From: Eledone cirrhosa
Taxonomy: Eukaryota
Length of the DNA stretch: 64,000 nt
NCBI GenBank assembly: GCA_964016885.1
Contig: OZ024748.1
Coordinates: 18,972,001-19,036,000 of the forward strand
Reading direction: 5' to 3'
Below, piece by piece: positions 29,987 to 45,334 of the stretch. Both the position numbers and the translations under genes were made by a program. Every line of letters begins with the position of its first letter. Positions within the stretch are counted from its first letter, which is position 1. The notes beneath the pieces are model-generated. The model ran no database searches and was not told the DNA's origin. It saw nothing but the letters and a program-made list of their open reading frames with translations.

Positions 29987-30524
29987 GTATACTACGTTTT
30001 CATTATATCTTATTAAAAGGTTCCTTATTTGGTGAAAACTCTAGAATCTTTTCCCAGAAACCTAGAAATCTAGGGTTTCTTGGAGTTCATTTTGGGAAAC
30101 TCTATGATAGAGGACACAAAAAAAAAAAATGTAAAAACAAATCGACAAACAAAAAAAGAAACCAAAAGTCAGACGAACAAACAAACAGATAAGGCCGTTG
30201 AAGAAAGCGAGATTTGGCAGACGAGATCTCACGTCCTTCTATATAGCGTTCGATTGTCAACCGAGAAACAGAGTTCCATTTCGTATATATCAAAATAATT
30301 GATATGTGACTATATCATTCAATTCTAAACGGTCTACCAGCTTTGGTAAGCATTATTTCGTACAAATATCATTGAATATCAACACGTTTCGGTGACAAGC
30401 TGGAAAAAAATGTATATCTCTATATATGTATAAATGAAGTAATTCCGTCGGAAAAGTCCAGGAAAAAAGAGTGCTCTATGTAGGTAACAGAGCTTAATAG
30501 TTATGTAATAAACAACATAAGGCA

Positions 30525-30592
30525 ATTATTCCATTTACCAGTGGTTTCTTAAAAGCAAAAAATTTTGCTTTCAATCATCAGAATGAAATAAT
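30525..30592 (-). ncRNA. Type I hammerhead ribozyme (mirror copy of 30644-30711)
   Basis: Exact reverse complement within the 30510-30726 palindrome. Confidence 0.9.
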
Positions 30593-30643
30593 CCTGGTCT
30601 GTTTATTGAATTTGGATTTTCCAAATTCAATAAACAGACCAGG

Positions 30644-30711
30644 ATTATTTCATTCTGATGATTGAAAGCAAAATTTTTTGCTTTTAAGAAACCACTGGTA
30701 AATGGAATAAT
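30644..30711 (+). ncRNA. Type I hammerhead ribozyme, full canonical core
   Basis: AUUAUUUCAUU-CUGAUGA-UUGAAAGCAAA..UUUGCUUUUAA-GAAA-CC acu GG-UA-AAUGGAAUAAU. It has an 11-bp stem I, an ~11-bp stem II and a GUA cleavage triplet ending at 30700. Confidence 0.92.
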
Positions 30712-30733
30712 TGCCTTATGTTGTTTCTTTCAT

Positions 30734-30819
<86 letters not shown>

Positions 30820-30957
30820 TAGTCCAGAATTAGCCGTCGAAACGGCTTGAGCTCAGCCGTCCGGGTCCTACTCGTTCCTATTACCCACTCTACTACCCTA
30901 AGTATTGAGTACTTTGGTGCGTTATGGTCCACCTGGTTCCTTACCACATTTCCTTCG

Positions 30958-30959
<2 letters not shown>
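30820..30959 (+). mobile_element. Family A insert without inverted arm
   Basis: tagtccagaattagccgtcgaaacggcttgagc...ccacatttccttcgtt between (TA)n tracts. Confidence 0.83.
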
Positions 30960-31024
<65 letters not shown>

Positions 31025-31067
31025 CATACATACACACACATATATATATATATACGTATACATCTAT

Positions 31068-31126
<59 letters not shown>

Positions 31127-31127
31127 G

Positions 31128-31250
<123 letters not shown>

Positions 31251-31453
31251 GTGTAGGGTACAAGATTCTACATATTTTATGAAAAACTTTCGTTAAGATT
31301 GAGTTACTACATAATAAAATCCAATCTTCTGTTAATCTTTTAAGTCATCTTATTCCTTTCAGATTTTCTTTTCTTAACTTCGATATCAACAAGAATGTCA
31401 TTTATTTTCATTTAAATATCAGTGAAAACTTCTAATTTCGTAATTTCGATGAC

Positions 31454-31553
<100 letters not shown>

Positions 31554-31866
31554 GTATATATGTATTTACACATTTATATATATACATACACACACAGACA
31601 CATATATATATACATCTATATATACATACATGCGTATTTAACTATCAACAAACACTTATTTGTCTATTTCTAGTTATTTGTTTTTTTTAAAGTTTTATTC
31701 TATTTACCACTTTTAATTTCGATGACTATGGTGTATACAATCACCCCTTCATATACCCCCCCCATACATACTTCATACACACACACATGTGTATGCACAA
31801 ACACACAAACACACACATATAAATATAAGTTTTTATTAATATACATATCTATGTATGTATGTATAT

Positions 31867-31919
<53 letters not shown>

Positions 31920-31983
31920 TATACATATAAATGTATATATATATATACATACATACACATACTGTATATACACTGTATATATC

Positions 31984-32090
<107 letters not shown>

Positions 32091-32094
32091 ATAA

Positions 32095-32289
<195 letters not shown>

Positions 32290-32296
32290 TATATAA

Positions 32297-32457
<161 letters not shown>

Positions 32458-32726
32458 TATTTGTCCCTGTAATGATATACATACAAACTGCACAAATAAC
32501 GCCTTTAAAATCTCTAGATTTGCAGAGTTGCAATTCTTGTTTACCATTTGTCAGAATTGGTACCCTTCAAGATCTCAGTTTTCTTCAGTAACCAATCCCG
32601 TTCTTCTTCGTCTTCTTCGTCTTCTTGTTCTCCTGCTCCTCTCCTCCTTCTTGTTCACCTTCTTCTCCCCCCCACCCCCTCCCCCTCATCCTTCTCCTCT
32701 TCCTCCTCGTTGTTGTTGTTGTTGTT

Positions 32727-32771
<45 letters not shown>

Positions 32772-33289
32772 CTTCTTCTTCTTCTTCTTCTTCTTCTTCT
32801 TCTTTATTATTATTTTTATTATTACTTCTAATGAACAAAACAGGGACAAATAAGAAATGGTGCAATATGTTCTGAAAAACTATTCAATTGTTCATGTAAC
32901 TGGCTGGTTATCTGGCGGTGGGCTGGGTCCCTCCTGTTTTACAGTCACCCCTAGAGAGGCCTCTGTCAAGTTGGCAATATACCCCAAACAATATATGAAG
33001 TGTCTAAATTCTAAAGTCTACCTTATTTCGGTTTCCTCTTTTGGAGAGGACGCCAGCCTATCGCTGGATTATACCCACGGCTCTTGCTAGTACTCATTTT
33101 CAGTTGCTATACATAAGCAACGTGAAATGAAGTGTTTTGATCAAGAACACAACACACAACCCAGCACAGGGTTCGAACCCGCGGCATAATGATTGTAAGT
33201 CTAACACTCTTACCAGTAGCCCACGCGCCTTCATGTAGGCACACAGCAGAGTGTGGAATCCAAGCTCTTAAAGTTTGTAATAGATTCTA

Positions 33290-33510
33290 GACCAAATGGG
33301 GAATCTATGCTCCGATGTGAAATGTTGGTCTCTAAAATTGGTAATATAAGCAGACCAGATGTGGAATGTACGCACCCTGAAGCTGGTAATAAATAGATCC
33401 AGGGCAGATGTGAAATGTATCTCTCTAAAACTGGCAATAGACCCAGGTAAGATGTGAAATGTAGGTGTATAAAGTTGGTAATAGAACCAGAGCAGATGTG
33501 AAATTATGTA
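33290..33510. repeat. Degenerate tandem repeat, ~45-50-bp unit gatgtgaaatgt...tggtaata
   Basis: 5 recurrences of gatgtg(a/g)aat. Confidence 0.7.
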
Positions 33511-33649
33511 TTTAGACTTATATATAAGTCGCAGGGTTAAACCCCCAGCTATTGCTGGTACTCATTTTCAGCTGAGTATACTGGAGCAACATGAAATGAA
33601 GTATTTTGCTCAAGAACACAACACGCAACCAAGGAATCGAACCCACGAC

Positions 33650-33689
<40 letters not shown>

Positions 33690-33895
33690 CTTGTATAATA
33701 TAATTGCACCGCCAAAACCAAACTGATCTAAACAATTCACCACCTATCGCTTCATAAATCAGTCGGCTTGGTGATACGTACAATTATTTAGTTATCTTTT
33801 TAAATTATAGGTTTTCTTCCAAAGGGCTTAAACAAATTTAATTAGATAACTTTAAAAAATCGCAAATAATACAGAACAAAATAACAATATATATA

Positions 33896-33974
33896 CAAGG
33901 TGTTCCGAAAAAAATGTATACACACTTTGATTAGAATGCTGTTGCAAGACGTATACATTTTTTGGGAGAGCCTG
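33896..33974. mobile_element. Tc1/mariner-type MITE remnant
   Basis: TA-caaggtgttccgaaaaaaatgtatac...gtatacattttttgggagagcctg-TA. Confidence 0.65.
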
Positions 33975-34010
<36 letters not shown>

Positions 34011-34791
34011 CACACACACATATATATATATATATATACATACATATATGTATGCATACACATATACATATATATATATGTATATACATATACAGGCACA
34101 CACATAGACACATACGCTCAAACGCACACACACATATATATATATATATATGCACTTTTTGTATGTTTCAGAATTGTTTTGTGGATGTAGTTTAAGTTTT
34201 ATTAATTTTATTAACTTCCCAATGAGATTTCAAATGAAATTACAATAATGACGAACAGACCGACTAAGCCTAGGGCTCTATTAATATTTGCATAATATGT
34301 TAAGCGAAAAGTTTAGTCTGGTCTTTTGTATTTTGTAGACTTGTTATATAGATTTGTTGCATCTTCTTTCGAAACTGAGCACGAACCTTTCACAACATTT
34401 TCCCAACCTGGGGTTCGCCAGATGATTGAGTGATATGTATGTGTGGTCCCTTAACTCCTGCTACAGTCGTAGGGGTACCGTATTGACATCCGGCATTTCT
34501 TAGGCATTTTGAGCCTGGCGGACCCCATCCCTCTCTTCCAGAGAAAGTTAGAAAGTGAGAGAGAGAGAGAGAGAGAGAGAGGAAATGAGAAAGAGTTATA
34601 AAGGACGAATCTACTCCAGTACTAGACTAGTACTTATTTTATCGACCTCGAAAGGATGAAAAGCAAAGTTGACCTCGCTGGGATTTGAACTCAGAGAACA
34701 GAGAGCTGGAACGAATACCGCAAGGCATTCTCTCCAACTTTCTAACGACTCTGCCAATTCGCCACCTGAACTCACTACCAAATCTCATATA

Positions 34792-34892
34792 CAAGGTGTC
34801 CTAATAAAATCTATGCACACTTTGATTACCAGTACAGACAATATTTATTAGAATGCTGTTGAAGGATGTATACATTATTTTGGGACACCCTG
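34792..34892. mobile_element. Tc1/mariner-type MITE (same family as 33896)
   Basis: TA-caaggtgtcctaataaaat...attattttgggacaccctg-TA. The internal cacactttgatta and ttagaatgctgttg are shared with 33896. Confidence 0.7.
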
Positions 34893-35089
34893 TATATTAT
34901 ATACGACGTTTTAACGACTCTACCAATTCGCCGCATGTTTACAAATAATTGGTATTAAAAATAAAAGATATCCTCCGTATATACGTCTAAAAGATTTCCA
35001 TCAGACGAGATGCGAACTTATTGACACAGGAAGAATAGAAACAAATATTTACTTCCTTCGTAGCATGGCTGTGGTTGTTTCAGCAGTAT

Positions 35090-35402
35090 TAAAGAACGGT
35101 CGGTGGTGACTGAATCGGCTCCCTCACTGAATCCTGGTCCGGTGAGGAGGGTAAGTGGGACCCCCCCCCCCCCCAAAAAAAAAAACAACAACAAAACAAG
35201 AGCCGTTAAATGAGCAGTTGAACTCCTCAGACTTAACGGCCATTCACCCCACTATGGGTTAAACAACCCCACCAGTCTGCAATTGACCAAGCGTCGTTAG
35301 CACGCCTACACACCTGACATGATTAAAATCAAATAGAAAGGGGTGGAAGTCAACTAGGGAGGGGTACCTCCAACAGGAGTGATAAGGCCCTGGATTAGGT
35401 TG
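35090..35402 (+). repeat. Interspersed repeat, possibly LINE 5' UTR; second copy at 36145-36290
   Basis: ctgcaattga(t)ccaagcgtc...ctacac.cctgacatgat.aaaat...agggagggg..cctccaa is shared by both copies. Confidence 0.55.
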
Positions 35403-35719
35403 GTTATATATATATATATATATATATTTAACTATTTTTCCATTTTGACGCTATAGTCACTTATATATTATGGAATACTGTTGGCTTCTTGCTACAATAA
35501 TCTCTATACTTTTCATTTATATATATATATATATATATAAAAACATTAATAAAGATGCTGATGTTACATAAATCGTTTATTCAGAAGGGACTCGGCGATC
35601 TTGAATGATTGCATCATATTTCCAGTTGCCTAGTCTGAAAGTGCTCAACAGTGTTGCAGCTGTATGTGTTCCGAAGAGATTGTTTTGGCAAAAACAGGAG
35701 CAAGCAGGAGAAAGCTCTC

Positions 35720-35768
<49 letters not shown>

Positions 35769-35778
35769 ACACGCACAC

Positions 35779-35898
<120 letters not shown>

Positions 35899-35912
35899 AC
35901 ACGCACACACAC

Positions 35913-35956
<44 letters not shown>

Positions 35957-36000
35957 ACGCACGCACACACACACACACACATATATATATACATATATAC

Positions 36001-36116
36001 ATATTGTTATACTTTGGGAGGGCCATGTTGGCAACATGACCCTCCCAAAGTATAACAATATCGGTTTCAACACACGATTTCAGATAAAGAATCTTGCTAA
36101 ACAAATTCAGAAACGA
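36001..36116 (+). mobile_element. Fold-back mini-copy of the PLE 3' end (30-bp inverted arm + forward arm + ~55-nt tail)
   Basis: atattgttatactttgggagggccatgttg/caacatgaccctcccaaagtataacaatat, then cggtttcaacacacg...aaacga matching 23353-23438. Confidence 0.85.
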
Positions 36117-39100
36117 CATATATACATACATATATCCCAACTATGGATTACATAGCCTCACTAACCTGCAATTGATCCAAGCGTCCCTAGTACAGCTACA
36201 CCCCTGACATGATCAAAATAAGCAGAGAGTAGTGGAGCTCAACCAGGGAGGGGTTCCTCCAAAAGTAGGGAGAAAGGCATTGATTGGATTGTAGATTAAA
36301 GGGATATAACTATCATCAAGTGTATAAACCAAATCTATAGTTTTCCCTTTGACCACTTCCCTTCCATTTTACTCGATATACCCCCCTCCAATTTGTGTTG
36401 TTTTCTACCCTTGTATGGGCCCCTAGTGTCATGCACCCGTGTGGTCAATCAAAGAAGAGTGATTATACAAGGGAGATAACCATAACTAAGACTAGAATAC
36501 TAATTATATACATGGTTGATGGAGGAGATAGTTGGTTGGTATAATGGAGCTTGGCTCATAGATTTGTATTTGTATATGTAGAATAGGTGCGTGTGCGTGT
36601 GAGTGTGTGAGAGGATATATGTGTGTGTCAGCATGCACGCATGGGTATGTTAGCTTGTGAGTAAATGTTTGTGCGTGTGTGTCTGCGTATCTGTGCGAAC
36701 AAGTACTAGTGTACGCATGGATTTATGCGTGCCTATGTGTGTGTGAGCATGTATTTATGTGAGTATGTATGTATGTATGTATGTATGGGTGCTTGCATGT
36801 ATGTATGTGCGTTTGTATATATGCATGTATTTATGTGAGTGTGTATGTATGTATGTGTGTGTATGCATGTATGTATGCGTGCATGTATGTATGAATATGC
36901 GCATGTATGTATGTATGTATGTATGTATGTATGTATGTATGTATGTACGTACGTATGTATGAATGCATGTATGTATATGTGTATGTATGTATGTGCGCAC
37001 GCGTGATGCGTGTGCGCGCGTATATGTTAGCGTGTGAGTGCATGTGTGTGTGAGTGCTTGTGTGTGTGAGTGCATGTGTATAAGTGCTTATGTGTGTATG
37101 TGTATGTGTGTGTGAGTGCATGTGTGTGTGAGTGTTTGTGTGTGCGTATATATGTGTGTATGTGTATGTGTGTGTGAGTACTTGTGTGTATGTGTGCGTG
37201 AGTGCTTGTGTGTATGTCTGTATGTGTGTGTGAGTGCATGTGTGTGTGAGTGCTTGTGTGTGTGTGTGCGTATATATGTGTGTATGTGTATGTGTGTGTG
37301 AGTGCTTGTGTGTATGTGTATATATGTGTGTATGTGTGTGTGTGTGTGAGTGCATGCGTGTCTGAGTGCTTGTGTGTGTGTGTGTGTGTGTGCGTATATA
37401 TGTGTGTATGTGTATGTGTGTGTGAGTGCTTGTGTGTATGTGTGTGTGAGTGCTTGTGTGTGTATATGTGTGCATGTGTGTGTGAGTGCATGTGTGTGAG
37501 TGCTTGTGTGTGTGTGTGCGTATATATGTGTGTATGTGTATGTGTCTGTGAGTGCTTGTGTGTATGTGTGTGTGAGTGCTTGTGTGTATGTGTGTATATG
37601 TGTGTATGTGTGTATGTGTATATGTGTGTATGTGTGAATGTGTGTATGTGTGTGTATGTGTGTGTGTTTTATGATTAATGTCAATATACTTCATTTCCTC
37701 TACAATAATGTTCCTACAGTAAATCTAAGTTTCGTGTTAATGTCTGTTATGATAAGGAAAGAAGAAACAACCCCACCACCACCTCAGCATCACCTCAGCA
37801 TCACCACCACCACCATCACACCCCTCCACCATCACCACCACACCCCTCCACCATCACGCCCCTCCATCCATTCACCATCCCCACGACCATCATCAAAACC
37901 CCGTCACCCCACACCATCCCCACCATCACCATCACACCCCTCCACCACCACCACCACCACCACCACCACCACCACCACCACCACCACCACCACCACCACC
38001 ACCACCACCACCACCACATCCCTTCACCATCACGCCCCTCCATCCATTCACCATCCCCACCAACATCATCAAAACCCCGTCACCCCCACACCATCCCCAC
38101 CATCACCATCACAACCCTCCACCACCACCACCGCACCCCTCCACCATCACGCCCCTCCATCCATTCACCATCCCCACTACCATCATCAAAACCCCTCAAA
38201 CCCTCACCATGCCCACCACCATCACACCACTACGCCGCCACACACCCATACCACCCACCATCTCCACCACCATAACGCTCCAGAGCAACACTCTACCAAT
38301 CCCATACCATCCCCCCACCCACCATATTCTCCACCATCACCCCCTCATCAACCCTCCACCCATCCCAACCATCTACAACACCATCCTCACAATCATCCCC
38401 ACCATCAACACCACTTCCAGCACCACCAACACCACCAGCATCACCAGCATCACCATCACCACAAACGTCACCAACATCACCACCACCACCACCACCACCA
38501 TCACCACCACCACCATCACCACCACCACTATCACCTCCACCATCACCACCACCACCATCACCACCACCACTATCACAACCACCAATACAACGACGACGAC
38601 GACCACCACCACTACCACCACCACCATCACAACCACCACCACCACCACCACCACCATCACAACCACCACCACCACCACCACCAATATAACCGCCACCACC
38701 ACTGCTACCACCACCACCAGCACCACCACCACGACCACCACTATCACCACCACCACCATTACAACCACCACCACTACCACCACCACCACTACCACCACCA
38801 CCATTACAACCACCACCACCACCACCACCACCACCACCACCACCACCACCAGCACCACCACCACGACCACCACTATCACCACCACCACCATTACAACCAC
38901 CACCACCACCACTACCACCACCACCACCACCATTACAACCACCACCACCACCACCACTACCACCACCACCACCACCACCACCACCAGCACCACCACCAGC
39001 ACCACCACCACCACCACGACCACCACTATCACCACCAGCACCAGCACCACCACCACCACCACCACCGCCACCACCATTACCACCACCACCACCACCACCA

Positions 39101-39389
39101 CCACCACCACCACCACCACCACCACCACCACCACCACCACCAACACCACCACCACCACCACCACCACCACCACCACCACCAGTAATATCCACCAAACAAT
39201 CATTAGTGCCCAACCAATATGTCATTAATGGGTGTCCATCTTATTTTCTGGTCAGGGTTGGGTCGGCGGGCAATGGCTTCTCGACTTGAGACAGACGTTG
39301 TAGGTAGAATGAGTTGGCCTGTTGTGTAAAGAAAGGTTTTAATAATTACATTTGTCTTTAGAGATTATACATATATACGTAGATACATA

Positions 39390-39430
<41 letters not shown>

Positions 39431-39608
39431 CCATGCATGTATACATACATGCATGAATGCATACATACATATATACATATATACCTATATACATATATAC
39501 ATACGTACATACATACATATATGCATACATACATACATACATATATGCATATATGCAAACATACATACATACATATATGCATACATACATACATATATGC
39601 ATACATAC

Positions 39609-39677
<69 letters not shown>

Positions 39678-39707
39678 TACACACATATATATTTATATAC
39701 ACTTACA

Positions 39708-39766
<59 letters not shown>

Positions 39767-39802
39767 ATATAAATATATATATATATATATACACATGCGT
39801 CT

Positions 39803-39856
<54 letters not shown>

Positions 39857-39972
39857 AGAGGCATGCTTTATCAGACATGAATAATAAAGACGATGGTGGC
39901 GGCGGCGACGACGGCGGTGATGATGATGATGATGATGATGATAATAATAATAATCATAATATTATCAATAAT

Positions 39973-40153
39973 TGTTTCTACTTTAGGCACAAGGCCAGCA
40001 AATTAACCAGTGTATTACTGGTACTTTATTTTATCGACCCCGTAAGGATGAAAGGCAAAGTGAACCTCGACGGGATTTGAACGTAGACCAGAAAGGGACG
40101 TAACTCTGCTTCAAAGCATGGCGTCCGACCCTCTACCGATACTGCCAATCCAC
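39973..40153 (-). mobile_element. Full-length SINE; diverged relatives at 34610-34765 and 46915-47080
   Basis: Consensus match including the tRNA-like head. Confidence 0.88.
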
Positions 40154-40209
40154 TATCAATAATGATGTATGATGATGATGATGATAATGATGATGGTGGC
40201 GGCGGCGGG

Positions 40210-41005
40210 CGGTGGTTATTATGATGATGATGACGATGATGATGATGATGCTGCTTCTATTGGTGGTTATTATGACGATGATGATGCTTCTATTGGTGGT
40301 TATTATGATGATGACGATGATGATGATGATGCTGCTTATATTGGTGGTTATTATGATGATGATGACGATGATGATGATGATGCTTCTATTGGTGGTTATT
40401 ATGGTGATGACGACGATGATGATGATGATGCTTCTATTGGTGGTTATTATGGTGATGATGACGATGATGATGATGATGCTTCTATTGGTGGTTATTATGG
40501 TGATGATGACGATGATGATGATGATGCTTCTATTGGTGGTTATTATGGTGATGATGACGTTGATGATGATGCTTCTATTGGTGGTTATTATGGTGATGAT
40601 GCTTCTATTGGTGGTTATTATGGTGATGATGACGATGATGATGATGATGCTTCTATTGGTGGTTATTATGATGATGACGACGATGATGATGATGATGCTT
40701 CTATTGGTGGTTATTATGGTGATGATGACGTTGATGATGATGCTTCTATTGGTGGTTATTATGGTGATGATGACGATGATGATGATGATGCTTCTATTGG
40801 TGGTTATGCTGCTTCTATTGGTGGTTATTATGGTGATGATGACGATGATGATGATGATGCTTCTATTGGTGGTTATTATGGTGATGACGACGATGATGAT
40901 GATGATGCTTCTATTGGTGGTTATTATGGTGATGATGACGATGATGATGATGATGCTTCTATTGGTGGTTATTATGGTGATGATGACGATGATGATGATG
41001 ATGAC
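40210..41005. repeat. Minisatellite, ~45-bp unit (gat)n-gcttctattggtggttattatggt
   Basis: About 19 units. Confidence 0.93.
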
Positions 41006-41235
41006 ACGAAGAGTTCAAAACGTGAGGTCTGACTACTTACGACTACAGTCGTGTCAAACTCTAACTAGACTTACTAATTCAATTATCGCATCTTCCTTCG
41101 TCTCACACAATTACCTCTACTTCTTATTGTACTTGATTTATCATCCTTCTTATTCTAGTATCCTCGCATTCTCTCTCATTGTTCTGTTATACATACATAC
41201 ATATATGTGTGTGTATATACATATATTTATATATG

Positions 41236-41302
<67 letters not shown>

Positions 41303-41378
41303 TTACAGGTTTATATATACATACAAATACGCATACACAGATATATGCTGCAAAAACCACATCTCTTCTTTTTGCTTA

Positions 41379-41574
<196 letters not shown>

Positions 41575-41647
41575 TAAGCAAAAAGAAGAGATGTGGTTTT
41601 TGCAGCATACATCTGTGTATGCGTATTTGTATGTATATATAAACCTG

Positions 41648-41771
<124 letters not shown>

Positions 41772-41925
41772 CATATATAAATATATGTATATACACACAC
41801 ACATATATATATATATATATACATATATATTTATATATATTTACGTATATATATATATGTATAGACATACATACATACATACATACATAAATACAAATAT
41901 AAATACATGAATATATATATATACA

Positions 41926-41978
<53 letters not shown>

Positions 41979-42083
41979 TTATATGTAGGTATGTATGTAT
42001 GTATGTATGCATATATGTATGTATGTATATCTGTATGTATATATATATATATGTGTGTGTGTTGTATATATGTATGTATATAT

Positions 42084-42131
<48 letters not shown>

Positions 42132-42146
42132 ATGTATGATTATTTG

Positions 42147-42192
<46 letters not shown>

Positions 42193-42384
42193 TGTGTGTG
42201 TATATGGGGACGCCTATGCAAACATCTTAAGTTTATGTGTCTATAAATTCGTGCGTATTTTAGGTGTGTCTTTCTGTAAAGATTTATACACTAAGAAGTA
42301 GACTAGAAGCATTTATTGTGTTTGTAACTGTTGTTGTTGTCGTTAAACAATTGTTGTTATTATTATTACTATTATTATTATTAT

Positions 42385-44115
42385 TGTTTCTTCGCTCAGC
42401 TTCTAACGCTGGAGATGTATTACATTGTTAGCTGTTTGCTGGCAGTGAACTGAGATAACACTCCTTATTTTTCGAGTACCCTCTAGAGTATTCGAGCTGT
42501 TACAGGCAATGCTGTTTTTTGTAAGTGTTCCATCTGTATTGCAATCCCTATTTGTTTGATGTACTTTTCAAGATCTCTACTCACTGTTCCCAACTATTAT
42601 TGGTATTACCACCAACTTTTTCAGTGACCACAACAGCTTAACCTCCCAAGCTAACCTGTCAGATCTATCAATTTTTTTCCTTCTTTATTACATACCTTGT
42701 TATCAGCTGGACAGGCTCTATCTATGATCCAACAGTTTACTTTCTGTCTCAATTAATACAATATCTCGTCTCCTATGCTCAATCTCATAGTTACACTATC
42801 ACAAAATCCCACAGGATCTTTGTATCATCATTTTCGATAACGCCGCCAGGGTCATGTTCATACCACTTTTCTGCTCTGTTAAGTGCATATTTGACACAAA
42901 GTGCCCAATTGACTATCCTTTCTATGTTGTCATGAAGTCTATTATATTCTTTCTGAGCTAGTGGTGTACATTGACTGATAATATGCCATACAGTTTCTCC
43001 ATTCATGCCACAAATTCTACACTTATCACTTTCTTCTGTGTGGTCTACTCTCTGCTTGATGTAGTTAGTTCTAGTGTTTGTTATTGAGCAACACAGATTA
43101 AAGGATTCTGTTTCTGGTTTTAGATCACTTTTAGTCATCCATAAACCACCTTTTTTTCTCTATCTGTCCTATCTTCAACATCTCTATGGAATTGTCTATA
43201 CATTCTTTTTTCTGTCTTTCTACTTTCAGTTTCATCCATCTTCAAATGTTTGTACTACGTTTTTTCTTTGCAATCTTCTATTTTACACATCTCTGACCTT
43301 CTTACTTCCAGAAACAGTGGTTCTGTGGAATTTTTTATGGCCACGGCATGTTATTTTTTTCTGTTCTAATGTTGTGCTCACACCCTATCCGTCCTCTTCC
43401 TGGTATATATAATCTGTCTGTGTCGTTGTTTGGGTGAAATACCTCACATCTAGTTAATAGCATTCTTGTCTTTCGGTCTAAACCAGGCATGGGTAACCCT
43501 TTTCGAGAAACGGGCTGCATGAGATATGGCTCATCATCAGGCGGGCCGCAAGCGCTAATTTACATTCGTGCCCACATAAAAAAGGGCAGTAACGTAACTC
43601 AGGTTGTTTTGATTTGTTTCTTCAGAATTCCTACACGTTGTTTTCCTCGATCATAAAAATGATAGAAAGATAAATTACGACTGAAAAGTTGGGGTAAAAA
43701 AACGAGAAAGATTTCACTTAGGTGACTTAGACGACCCATTCAGAAAGCTTCACGGACCGCAGGTTGCCCATGACATGACTGGTCTAAACTATTTAGCTCT
43801 TCCACTGTCCATATGATCACCCCTGCCACATATCTAAGGAGTGATGCCACTCATGTATTGATTGCTTCCATCTTATTCCGTCCATTCAGTTTCGACTTGA
43901 GAATAAGTCTCAGTCTGCACATGTATGCCACCCTAAGTTTTTTCTTCATTTCCGCCTGTATTATCTTATCAACTCCCAATATCCCTAAATACTTATAATC
44001 TTCCACTTTTATTTGCTTCATAACCTCCCCTGATGACAGCACCAACCCCTCAAATGTTTTTAACTTTGCCTCTGTTCAAGATTGATACATCATACTTTTT
44101 TTTAATCCGAACTCT
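42385..44115 (-). mobile_element. Decayed R4/Dong-type non-LTR retrotransposon (RT C-terminus, CCHC knuckle, restriction-like endonuclease), 5'-truncated
   Basis: YKYLGI...RLRLILKSKLNGRNKMEAINT; LDRKTRMLLT...HPNNDTDRLYIP; KCRICGMNGETVWHIISQC..LAQKEY..HD; ENDDTKILWDF. The 3' end abuts a (TAA)n tract. Confidence 0.9.
43484..43781. mobile_element. hAT-type MITE nested in the R4/Dong LINE
   Basis: TIRs caggcatgggtaacc / ggttgcccatgac(atgac)tg. The 8-bp TSD gtctaaac is at 43476-43483 and 43782-43789. Confidence 0.85.
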
Positions 44116-44144
44116 ATTATGTGGTTGCTGCTATTGATGAGGCT

Positions 44145-44560
44145 GTTGTTATTATCATTGTTGTTGTTGTTGGTGTTGTTATTGTCATTGTTGTTGTTGT
44201 TGTTATTGTCATTGTTGTTGTTGGTGGTGGTGGTATTATCATTGTTGTTGTAGGTGTTGGTGTTGTTATTGTCATTGTTGTTGTTGGTGGTGGTGGTATT
44301 ATTGATGTTGTTGTAGGTGTTGGTGTTGTTATTGTCATTGTTGTTGTTGTTGTTATTGTCATTGTTGTTGTTGTTGGTGGTGGTATTATCATTGGTGTTG
44401 TAGGTGTTGGTGTTGTTATTGTCATTGTTGTTGTTGTTGGCGGTGGTATTATCATTGTTGTTGTAGGTGTTGGTATTGTTATTGTCATTGTTGTTGTTGT
44501 TGGTGGTGGTATTATTGATGTTGTTGTAGGTGTTGGTGTTGTTATTGTCATTGTTGATGT
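44145..44560. repeat. Minisatellite, ~57-60-bp (TTG)-derived unit
   Basis: gtaggtgttggtgttgttattgtcattg recurs about 5 times. Confidence 0.88.
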
Positions 44561-44710
44561 TCAAGGTGACTTTCACAGTTGTTGTTGTTGTTGTCAGCGG
44601 TCAAATGTCGACGACAACAGTGATGTTGTTGTGTTAGCAGTCTGTCTGTGATTGGAAAGAAGAAGAAGCCATATTTTGACATCTCTATCTATCATCCAGA
44701 CAGATTTAAC

Positions 44711-44796
<86 letters not shown>

Positions 44797-44825
44797 GAGA
44801 GGTATAGAGATTGTTTTAGCAAGAA

Positions 44826-44917
<92 letters not shown>

Positions 44918-44943
44918 TTATATATATAAAGTGACAATATATG

Positions 44944-45011
<68 letters not shown>

Positions 45012-45040
45012 GAGAGGTATAGAGATTGTTTTAGCAAGAA

Positions 45041-45088
<48 letters not shown>

Positions 45089-45090
45089 GC

Positions 45091-45155
<65 letters not shown>

Positions 45156-45167
45156 TATATATATATG

Positions 45168-45225
<58 letters not shown>

Positions 45226-45285
45226 CATATATATACATATACATATACATATATATATATATATATTAAAATAACAGATTAAATA

Positions 45286-45334
<49 letters not shown>

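Larger units (their letters stand above)
30435..30726 (-). mobile_element. Fold-back insert with perfect 107-bp arms (30510-30616/30620-30726) and left tail
   Basis: Direct reading of the palindrome. The tail motif aagagtgctctatgta is shared with 60071-60086. Confidence 0.88.

Noticed and set aside
37638-39228. His-rich and Thr-rich mucin-like long ORFs (also 5452-6539, 10325-10981, 47138-48475)
   Set aside because: These are trinucleotide (CCA/ACA/TTG) repeats open in most frames, with no unique coding sequence or splice context.
40169-41032. Acidic [11 protein letters not shown] repeat ORF resembling a biomineral or structural protein
   Set aside because: It is a (GAT)n-derived minisatellite starting right at a SINE boundary, with no signal peptide and a second frame also open. 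Only RNA-seq could rescue it.
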